From a virus (lineage: Duplodnaviria; Caudoviricetes): a stretch of 64,000 bases of DNA. The DNA lies in IMG/VR virus record IMGVR_UViG_3300014208_000024, positions 288,001-352,000 of that record; one strand, written 5' to 3'. A model generated the notes under the pieces. That model saw only the letters and a program-made list of their open reading frames with translations, made no database searches and had not been told where the DNA came from. The position numbers and the translations under genes are program-made. Below are positions 56,863-64,000 of this stretch, one piece after another (within the stretch, counting starts at the first letter, position 1; the number at the start of each line of letters is the position of its first letter).

Positions 56863-57801
56863 ATGGATACAAAAGAATTTATAGAAAAATCGAAAAAAAT
56901 TCATGGGGATAAATATGATTATTCAAAAAGCATATATGTAAAGTCAAAGATAAAATTGACAATCATTTGTCCAATTCATGGAGAATTTTTTATGGCACCA
57001 CAATCGCATTTGTATGGAAAAAACGGATGTCAAAAATGTGCAAAAATAAAAGGTCTACAAAATTTAATTAATAATTCAAATAAAAAAAGAATAACATTTG
57101 AATCATTTTTAGAAAGAGCAAAAAATATTCATAACAACAAATATGAATATGAAAAAATTGAAATTAAAAATTTTTATCAAAAAGTTCGAATTAAATGCCC
57201 TGTTCATGGATGGTTTATTCAATCTGTAGCTGATCATTTAAGAAAGCATGGATGTATTGAATGTCACAGACCAAATAGAGGAAGCTCTCAACGATTGCTG
57301 TTAGGAGAATTTATAGAAAAAGCAAATAATATTCATAATAATATATATGATTATTCAAAGGTAGTTTACACTAATAATCATACAAAAATAATAATAGGGT
57401 GTAAAACCCATGGAGATTTTCAACAAACACCTGCATCTCATTTAAAATCTAATGGATGTCCAATTTGCAAAAGTTCTAAAGGAGAAATAAAAATAAAAGA
57501 ATTTTTAGAAAAAAGAAACATTTTGTTTAAACAACAAAAAACATTTTCTGGATGTAAAAATAAACAACTTTTGCAATTTGATTTTTATCTTCCTGATTTA
57601 AATTCTTGTATTGAATATGATGGAATGCAACATTTTAAAGCAATAGAATATTTTGGAGGGGAAAAAGGTTTAATTGAAACTAAAAAGCGTGATATTATAA
57701 AAAATGAATATTGTAAACAAAACAATATTTCTTTATTAAGAATAAAGTACAATGAAAAAATAGAAAATAAAATTACTTCTTTTTTAAAAACTTTTTTTTA
57801 A
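56863..57801 (+). CDS. Zn-finger (CPxHG) repeat PD-(D/E)xK endonuclease
   Basis: KYDYSK...ICP.HGEF repeats; FDFYLP....IEYDG.QHF; TATTTATA upstream. Confidence 0.8.
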   Translation: MDTKEFIEKSKKIHGDKYDYSKSIYVKSKIKLTIICPIHGEFFMAPQSHLYGKNGCQKCAKIKGLQNLINNSNKKRITFESFLERAKNIHNNKYEYEKIEIKNFYQKVRIKCPVHGWFIQSVADHLRKHGCIECHRPNRGSSQRLLLGEFIEKANNIHNNIYDYSKVVYTNNHTKIIIGCKTHGDFQQTPASHLKSNGCPICKSSKGEIKIKEFLEKRNILFKQQKTFSGCKNKQLLQFDFYLPDLNSCIEYDGMQHFKAIEYFGGEKGLIETKKRDIIKNEYCKQNNISLLRIKYNEKIENKITSFLKTFF

Positions 57802-57918
57802 ATTTCGGTTTGCTCGTAAACCCCACAGTAAATCCACAAATCCAAAACTCCCACTTTTTCAAATAATTTGCTTTATATACTCACATAAACTAAATATTAA
57901 CAATTTAAATTTAAAAAA

Positions 57919-58758
57919 ATGGTACGTGAATTAAGTGAAAAAATAGGCTGGGAAATTGAAAGTAAAAATATTTTCTCAGGAGATCAAATAGGTCTCGAAA
58001 AAATTTTAGGGTACAAAGCTGTTACTCGTAATGATAACGGAGGAGTTCTCTCAGTTATGAAAAAATCTTATTCCCCCATGACCAACACAGAGTTTTTAGA
58101 AGTGGTTTCAAAAATTCAAGAAATATCTGGATTTAAACTTGCAGGGTTTAATGAATTCAGACAAGGGAGGAAAGTTTTGGGGTTCCTTGAAAATGATAAA
58201 GAGGATTTATATATTGGAGGACATAAAATAAAAGATTATTTTTTAGTTGGAAACAGCTTTGATGGATCTACATCTTTCTTCCAAGGTACATCGACAATTC
58301 TAATCCGCTGTCAAAATCAGTTCAGCCAAATTAATGTAATGAACAAAATCCGCCATACGAAAAGTATAGGAAGAAAACTTGAAGAATTTTATTCCTACTT
58401 AGATTTTTATTTCAACAAAAGAAATGAATTATATAAAACTTTCGAGCAACTTGGAAATATTACCCTCACAGAAAATTTACGTGAAAATCTTATTAAAGCT
58501 GCCCTTGGAGTTAAAGAAGTTACTGACAAAGAAATATCAGCTCGTAAACAAAATCAAATCGACCTGCTGAGATCAACAATACTCGCAGAAACTTTGGAAC
58601 TGGGCGAAAATATGTGGGGGGCATTTAATGGAGTTACAAAATATACAACCCACGAAATCGAAACAAAAAACCCCATCTTCGGAAATGTCTTCGGAAATCA
58701 GGCCGATATCAATAACAGAGCAATGGAATTTGCAACCAAAGAACTGGTAATGTCATAA
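57919..58758 (+). CDS. DUF932/DUF945-family protein
   Basis: R.D...L.V....Y.P..N.E, NSFDGS, IRCQNQ, .RHT, T.WG.FN.VT.Y..H. Confidence 0.75.
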   Translation: MVRELSEKIGWEIESKNIFSGDQIGLEKILGYKAVTRNDNGGVLSVMKKSYSPMTNTEFLEVVSKIQEISGFKLAGFNEFRQGRKVLGFLENDKEDLYIGGHKIKDYFLVGNSFDGSTSFFQGTSTILIRCQNQFSQINVMNKIRHTKSIGRKLEEFYSYLDFYFNKRNELYKTFEQLGNITLTENLRENLIKAALGVKEVTDKEISARKQNQIDLLRSTILAETLELGENMWGAFNGVTKYTTHEIETKNPIFGNVFGNQADINNRAMEFATKELVMS

Positions 58759-58821
58759 AGAAACTGGGGGAGGAAACTCTCCCCCACATTTTTTAAATGT
58801 TTAACTTAATAATTTATAATC

Positions 58822-59250
58822 ATGCATAAATCATTTGTAATTTTACTTTCGATTTTATTTAGCTTTATTATATTTGTAGACATAGGAACTATTGCATCTA
58901 TCGCATATAGAGATAATCAAAGAATCAATCAAGAAATAACTGTAAACAAAGACAGTTTCGAAGATCAATATCCCAGACTTGGACCATTTATTACCATTGA
59001 AGATTTTATACATGTAGATAGTATTTATAAAGCAGAAATGGACAGGATAAATAAATTAAAAAACAAACCTTTTAAAATGATTACAAAATGTAAATTTATT
59101 CCCGAAGTTGAATTTGTTGATTATGGAACATTCAAAGAAATAGATAGTCTTAAATGTATTCGACAAAAAGAAATGGAAAATCTTATCAAGCAAGAGAAAG
59201 AACAAGAAAAAGAACTTGATCTATTAAATAATAAACCCTGTAATAATTAA
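58822..59250 (+). CDS. Membrane-anchored hypothetical protein
   Basis: N-terminal TM segment. Confidence 0.55.
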   Translation: MHKSFVILLSILFSFIIFVDIGTIASIAYRDNQRINQEITVNKDSFEDQYPRLGPFITIEDFIHVDSIYKAEMDRINKLKNKPFKMITKCKFIPEVEFVDYGTFKEIDSLKCIRQKEMENLIKQEKEQEKELDLLNNKPCNN

Positions 59251-59332
59251 AAAGCCAAAGGGGGAGGAAACTCTCCCCATTTTTTTCTCTTTTTTTTTGC
59301 ATATTTAATGGAAATTCAAAACACCATTATCT

Positions 59333-59569
59333 ATGAAACCAAAAGAAACATTTAAGGAAATGCTCACTCTTTGCTATGAAGAAGATTTCCCAGAATTACA
59401 CAAAGAATTAATTTCACTTGAAAGTGAAACAAAAAAGATCAGAGACTCGTATAAGTATGAAAAAGCAATGGAGGAAATATTTAATCTTATACCCCTATTT
59501 TCTGAAGACTTTCCCCAGGAAATAATGTTGCAACTGGAAAAACTATATGAAGATTGTATAGAAGAATAA
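59333..59569 (+). CDS. Small acidic helical protein
   Basis: ORF after terminator 59268-59290. Confidence 0.55.
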   Translation: MKPKETFKEMLTLCYEEDFPELHKELISLESETKKIRDSYKYEKAMEEIFNLIPLFSEDFPQEIMLQLEKLYEDCIEE

Positions 59570-59584
59570 CTTAATTTAAATAAA

Positions 59585-60187
59585 ATGAAAAAAATCTCTG
59601 GAGACGTTATCGCTCACCTCCTGTTTGGAGTGGCTGCAATTGGTTTATTAATCGGTGGAGCTATTATGCTAATAGCATCTTTCTTTACAGCTCTCCCTAT
59701 ATTTAATGCTTTTATCGTATTAACACTGGGAGCTATCCTATATGTGGGAGTTAGACTTTATTTTGTATTCGGCGATGTACTGGAATCTATAACTAAATTA
59801 ATAGAAATTTCTTCCTCTCCCCAGATAAATAAGAACGGTAGAATATATAAAAATGGATTGTTAACAAAACAAATGGGATTTGGAGACCTGCCAACTCATG
59901 ATCTATCAAAAATTCCACATCCTGCACCAGGATTAATTGATGAAATTCTTATTGATGAAAATACAACCCCAGAGGAAATTGAAAATATTAAAAAGAAATA
60001 TCCTGGGTTCTCTCATGCAATTGATGAAATACTGGAAAAGGTTGGGGGGATTTCACGTACATCTACTTTACCCCTATCTTCTCTCTCTTCTTTTAAATTA
60101 GAAAAACTTCTTCAGGAAGCTATTGATAAAAATGATTTTGAAAGAGCTGCTGAAATAAGAGACGAAATTAATAGAAGGAATAAGTAA
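59585..60187 (+). CDS. Two-TM membrane protein with C-terminal UVR (UvrB/C) coiled-coil motif
   Basis: LEKLLQEAIDKNDFERAAEIRDEI. Confidence 0.7.
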   Translation: MKKISGDVIAHLLFGVAAIGLLIGGAIMLIASFFTALPIFNAFIVLTLGAILYVGVRLYFVFGDVLESITKLIEISSSPQINKNGRIYKNGLLTKQMGFGDLPTHDLSKIPHPAPGLIDEILIDENTTPEEIENIKKKYPGFSHAIDEILEKVGGISRTSTLPLSSLSSFKLEKLLQEAIDKNDFERAAEIRDEINRRNK

Positions 60188-60208
60188 CCTTTTAAAAATT
60201 AATCCGTA
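60183..60208 (+). promoter_or_regulatory. ECF-sigma-type promoter
   Basis: AGTAAC-N16-CGTA. Confidence 0.6.
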
Positions 60209-60354
60209 TAAGATAGTAAGAGTAATTTATATAACAAGTTGTATCTACTAATCGCATGATTAAAACCCCACACCCAAAATTTGCTGGGGTTTTTTTATTC
60301 CCACTTTTTAAAATAATTTGCTTTATATAGTTATTGTTAAAAAAAACTAAAGCT

Positions 60355-60525
60355 ATGTTTGAAAAACTAATCTGGAAACTGTTTAAAATGAACAGGAATG
60401 ATTTCAATAAGGCAGATAAGAAAATTGAAAAGATACTGCTTGAAGTTTATGAAAAAGGTAAAAAGGATGGCAAAAAAGAAATGTCAAAATTAATGTCGAT
60501 ATTAGTTAAAAAAACAATATTATGA
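60355..60525 (+). CDS. Small hypothetical early protein
   Basis: Start ATG 60355. Confidence 0.55.
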   Translation: MFEKLIWKLFKMNRNDFNKADKKIEKILLEVYEKGKKDGKKEMSKLMSILVKKTIL

Positions 60526-60911
60526 AATTAGAAATTAAGCAATACAAATATGAAAAAATAGAGGTGTCATCAAAAGAAATTGAATTGCCAACTGAAACCT
60601 CTTACTTTTTTCAAACTGGAATAAGACGTTCAATAAAAATAACTCCACGTTTTACAACTTGGAATAAAAAACACTATAATAAAGAAGAAGAGTTATATGA
60701 ACTTATAGTTGTTTGTTTATACCAAAATTTTGAATGTAAAGCAGAAAAGTTCAGCTTAAGAGTTAATGAATTAGAAAATATTTATTATTCTGAAAAAGAC
60801 GAAAATAAAGAATTTGTAACTGCATTGATTGATGGTTGTTTTAATAAAAGAACTAAAGAACAATTTGATGCTGATTTTAAACACATATTTTCAGAAATGC
60901 AGTGTCTTTAA
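60522..60911 (+). CDS. Hypothetical protein
   Basis: ATGA overlap. Confidence 0.6.
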   Translation: MKLEIKQYKYEKIEVSSKEIELPTETSYFFQTGIRRSIKITPRFTTWNKKHYNKEEELYELIVVCLYQNFECKAEKFSLRVNELENIYYSEKDENKEFVTALIDGCFNKRTKEQFDADFKHIFSEMQCL

Positions 60912-60912
60912 A

Positions 60913-61443
60913 ATGAAAAAATTTCTCCTGTTCATATTCAATTTATTCAATAAGAAATCTCTGGAGCCCCCAAAACCAGAACTCATCGTCATTAGCAAAA
61001 AATCAAATAGCGGAAGTACAATACAAAACCATTTTGTCTATACAGCTGCAAACCCCAGTATTAAATCTCTGGCCGCTTCTGTGCTTCTTAAAAATGATCT
61101 TATGTTTCAAGATGTAGACTACCTGGAAGATGAACTTCATAAATGGCTCGAATTTCGTGAAAGATATCTATATAAACAACTGATATTAAAAAAAGGTCTG
61201 ATATGTACCTATTGTGGAAAACCCCACCTGGAAATCGGAGGTAGAACCCCCAAAGATATTATCGCTAATAACAAAAACCCAAACCTGGCAACTATAGACC
61301 ATATTACAGCGCTCGCTAATGGGGGATCAAAGTATGATGAAGATAATCTATGCGTTAGCTGTAAAAAATGCAACAGAAACAAAGGAACAACCCCAGTGGA
61401 AGAATTTAAAAGAAAATTAAATTTTAAAAATTTTAATCAATAG
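60913..61443 (+). CDS. HNH endonuclease
   Basis: CTYCG...ATIDHI.AL.NGG.....NL.VSC..CN..KG. Confidence 0.85.
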   Translation: MKKFLLFIFNLFNKKSLEPPKPELIVISKKSNSGSTIQNHFVYTAANPSIKSLAASVLLKNDLMFQDVDYLEDELHKWLEFRERYLYKQLILKKGLICTYCGKPHLEIGGRTPKDIIANNKNPNLATIDHITALANGGSKYDEDNLCVSCKKCNRNKGTTPVEEFKRKLNFKNFNQ

Positions 61444-61444
61444 T

Positions 61445-61470
61445 TGTAACCTTTTTTAATTTTTCTCGTA
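61445..61470 (+). promoter_or_regulatory. ECF-sigma-type promoter
   Basis: TGTAAC-N16-CGTA. Confidence 0.7.
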
Positions 61471-61477
61471 TTAATAG

Positions 61478-61590
61478 GTAACTTGGATAACTTGGACGCC
61501 CGTCCTTAAACTATTCAAGTCTTTGTATTCTTTGTCTGTTTTATTTTTTAGAAACCCCTGAGCTTGTCCCTCTGGGGTTTCAGTTTTTTA
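61478..61590 (+). ncRNA. Candidate small RNA
   Basis: ACTTGGATA/TATTCAAGT stem enclosing GGAC-GCCC-GTCC; terminator GAAACCCC...GGGGTTTC-T6. Confidence 0.45.
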
Positions 61591-61746
61591 AAAACTTTTT
61601 TTTAAATTTCGGTTCCGTCGTAAACCCCCACAAACAATCTCTTTTTCTATTTTTTATTTTTCTTTTTTTAAATTTCGGTTTGCTCGTAAACCCCCATAGT
61701 AAAACCCCCAATCTAAAATTCCCACTTTTTTAAAAAATTTGCTTTA

Positions 61747-61772
61747 TATAACTTTTGCCTTTTTTCTGCGTA
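61747..61772 (+). promoter_or_regulatory. ECF-type promoter overlapping the last class-1 promoter
   Basis: TATAAC-N16-CGTA. Confidence 0.6.
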
Positions 61773-61781
61773 TAAACCATT

Positions 61782-62057
61782 ATGGAAATATCAGTAACAA
61801 TTGAATCTATAAAACCAATTACCCTGGACCAGCTGTCCAGAGAAAAAACATACGTGGTTTTTAACTCAACATCATTCTATATTCACTCTGGGGATGATCT
61901 AAAGTGTCTGACAAACCAGGATGACATTAACATGACAACATCTCAGCTCTTTGATAATATAGGCCCCGCAGGATCGCATTACGTAGCTGAATGTGAATCT
62001 ATGGACGCTGCACTGGATTACTTTAATTCAGGTCACTGGAGATCATATAGTGAATAA
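61782..62057 (+). CDS. Hypothetical protein
   Basis: Tandem class-1 and ECF promoters upstream. Confidence 0.6.
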   Translation: MEISVTIESIKPITLDQLSREKTYVVFNSTSFYIHSGDDLKCLTNQDDINMTTSQLFDNIGPAGSHYVAECESMDAALDYFNSGHWRSYSE

Positions 62058-62059
62058 TT

Positions 62060-63300
62060 ATAACTAAGTTTTGTTACAGAGCCCTTGGGGATTATCCCAG
62101 CTTATTTTCATATCTGTTTTAAAAACTTTTTTTTTAATTTCTTTTTTGTCGTATACGCAGTTTTCCAAAAACTAAATAAAAAATAGAATTAGAATAGAAC
62201 TACATCTTCTCTACCAATGTGCGTCACTTCAGATTTTTTATTCCTGGGCCCAATTTTTTCTCAGGGACCTGTAACATTCTCAATAAAATCACGTACCAAT
62301 TAGTACAAGGGGGAAACCCCACAATTTTTAGATGACAACATTTAAAAACTAACGAATAAGAAAGGAGTATACTATGAAAAGGTAATTTGAAAATAATCTG
62401 ATAGACTTTTGGGAATGAAACAATATAGTTGTCTCTCCCCAGAAGAAAACAATAAAGTTATTATTGTTATCAGGATTACTATTTTTTGATCGCTAATTTT
62501 TGGGGATTATTTCCCCCTAGGATAACTACACCTCTTCCTTAAAAAAATGAAGTGAGTTCTCCCCACAAAATAACTATGCCCAAAAATATTTAAAATTTGT
62601 AAATTTATTTAAGGTTTACATAGGGGGATTTCTATAACCAAAAACTCTGGGGGCTTACTCTCATCCAAAACCCCCCACTATTTATTGTAAATTTATAATT
62701 TCACTTATTCTTTTGTTCCACGTGGAACAACTATATCCCCCTCAGTCATTTTAAAAATATTTAAAAGGTCCCTTATTTTTTTAAAAATCAAAGGTGAGTA
62801 TTTGGGGGCACTGAGTGTGAGTCAGTTGCGTCCCACCCCAGACCCCAAAAAGTATTTTTCACAACAACAATTTTTTCTTCTAACTTTACATTTAACCATT
62901 TATCTAAAAACCAGTTAGTTACTTATTTAAAAGTGCAAATAAGTGGGATAAAGTGGTAAATCTCCCCAGATTTCCCCCATAGTTTTTCCCTCAATCTTTC
63001 CCCAGAAATTCCCCATTAATAATTTGGGTAATTCTCCCTTAATATTCTGTAACAATATTATGTTATAAATGTTACATTTCTCCCCAGGAAATTCTGCAGG
63101 TAATTTAAGTAATTTCTGTCGCATATTTAGCATATATATGTGACAAGCAACATGCAACATCTCCCTGATAATTAATTAGAAGTGGGGGTTAAAATAGCGG
63201 AGGGGGGTCGGCGGATTAAAGAGGTAATTCTCCCCATAATATTAAGAAGTTAAAATTGGTACTTCTCCCCATGGTTTTTATCTATCTTTGTTTTTTGAAA
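62060..63300. other. Long non-coding, origin-like region
   Basis: ~1.2 kb without a credible gene; ~9 TCTCCC(C)-type words and C/G runs. Confidence 0.45.
62714..62729. promoter_or_regulatory. parS: parS-type palindrome (ParB-binding site)
   Basis: TGTTCCACGTGGAACA within the perfect 18-bp palindrome 62713-62730. Confidence 0.75.
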
Positions 63301-63340
63301 TAATTTTGTTTATATTTATTTTATATAAAACAAAAATAGA

Positions 63341-64000
63341 ATGAGATCGATCACAGAAGAAAGGTTAGCACGACAATTAATAAGGGAAGAAATAAAGAGG
63401 TGTATTATATATGAGGGATTAATTTTTTCTTATTCTCCAGCTTTTATATTTACTAGTTTAAAGGGCATGGGTTATAGTGATATTTTTTACAATAAGCACA
63501 GGAAGGTATTTAGTATAAATTTCGCTTTGGGTTCTGATAATGAATCAAGGTATAGGGATCTGGATCATTTTTTAGACAATGTTTGTGGATGGTTTCATGG
63601 TTCGAGTATTTCTAACAAAAATGTTTTACCAAACAAAACAAGTTTCATTGATATAATATCTGGGAATGTTTTTCTTCAGTATGAAGCGAAGTTTAATATA
63701 AGAGTTGAAAAATTACCAGGGAAGATATATCATTTAACCACGGAGGAAAAGTTAAAAAAGATATTAAAAGTTGGGTTGACTCCAAAGAGTTCTATTTTGT
63801 TATTAAATTACAGAGACAGGATATATTTTTCTTTGAATTATGATTCATTAATAAATTTTTCCAAACAAAAATCTTCCATTACGAATAAAAATGATTTTAT
63901 TATTTTAGAGGTAGAAACTTCTAAAATAAATCATGGGACAAGGTTTTTTGAAGATCCAAATTTTTTGAATGGGGTTTACACTTTAGAGAATATTCCCCCA
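63341..64000 (+). CDS. ART-fold (Tpt1/KptA-like) hypothetical protein, 3'-truncated by the window edge
   Basis: Open frame to the end; RQLIREEIK leader; IYHLT...ILKVGLTP...RIYFS...ILEV...FFEDP...GVYT.ENIPP. Confidence 0.55.
   Translation, partial: MRSITEERLARQLIREEIKRCIIYEGLIFSYSPAFIFTSLKGMGYSDIFYNKHRKVFSINFALGSDNESRYRDLDHFLDNVCGWFHGSSISNKNVLPNKTSFIDIISGNVFLQYEAKFNIRVEKLPGKIYHLTTEEKLKKILKVGLTPKSSILLLNYRDRIYFSLNYDSLINFSKQKSSITNKNDFIILEVETSKINHGTRFFEDPNFLNGVYTLENIPP

Larger units (their letters stand above)
29545..61692 (+). repeat. Element B: 23-bp repeat, 12 copies
   Basis: T-tract + AAATTTC(G/T)GTTT(T/G)G(T/C)CGTAAACC at 29545,30019,30889(-),31973,33030,34943,39609,43058,46671,57800,61604,61670; degenerate copy ~62136. 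Confidence 0.85.
28981..61750 (+). promoter_or_regulatory. Array of ~58 class-1 promoter-like repeats
   Basis: Consensus TCCC(A/T)CTTTT-N7-8-TTTGCTTTATATA. Approx starts: 28981(-),29014,29594,30069,30150,31099,31805,32022,32321,32664,33100,33349,33750,34178,34462,35001,35293,35952,36207,36481,36778,37261,37676,38003,38394,38661,39073,39660,39882,40646,40933,41300,41693,42291,42643,43108,43713,44720,45350,45777,46032,46721,46925,47288,47815,48820,49283,49803,52211,52696,53618,53875,54117,55021,56293,57848,60297,61719. Most are followed within ~15-60 nt by an A/C-rich leader and ATG. Confidence 0.9.

Noticed and set aside
32341-60407. ORF-track N-termini such as MLYIF.../MLYIL...
   Set aside because: Artefacts of TTG CTT TAT ATA inside the promoter repeat; starts were moved to the ATG after the leader.
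28981-61750. CRISPR array or integron cassette array
   Set aside because: The intervals are 200-1000+ nt protein-coding genes rather than uniform spacers; there is no attC-like RYYYAAC...GTTRRRY geometry and no cas or integrase gene in the window.
63041-63069. dif (XerC/D) site, also TTATGTTAAC at ~50138
   Set aside because: Only a partial XerD-like arm is present; the XerC arm does not match.
1-64000. Stop-codon reassignment (TAG or TGA recoding)
   Set aside because: Recognisable genes are full length in the standard code, and TAG and TGA both end genes; no suppressor tRNA is seen.
1-64000. Diversity-generating retroelement or retron
   Set aside because: No reverse transcriptase and no template/variable repeat pair differing at adenines was seen.

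Overview
AT-rich segment of a large (jumbo-type) lytic bacteriophage genome. The host is most likely Bacteroidota, judging from TAnnTTTG host-type promoters and A-rich leaders with no Shine-Dalgarno. The standard genetic code fits throughout. 1-28.5 kb is a dense accessory and metabolic block: nadE, DHFR, Adk-like, GMP reductase-like, ClpP, Thg1, a CoaC-M23 fusion plus CoaB, ATP-grasp, a splicease-like radical SAM protein with an MYAV-repeat tail, a DnaQ-like exonuclease and several homing-type endonucleases. 29-62 kb is a modular early/host-takeover-like region in which almost every small gene sits behind its own copy of a ~31-bp promoter-like repeat (TCCCACTTTT-N7-8-TTTGCTTTATATA, ~58 copies by hand count). 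A second 23-bp element (12 copies) lies at a fixed 25-28 nt upstream of a subset of them. The region also holds an ECF sigma gene, two or more structured ncRNA candidates and three tRNAs with non-canonical T-loops; nine ECF-type AAC-N16-CGTA promoters are spread across the whole window. 62-63.3 kb is a non-coding origin-like region with a perfect parS-type palindrome. All calls are from reading the sequence by eye; no database searches were run and counts and coordinates of motifs may be off by a few nt.
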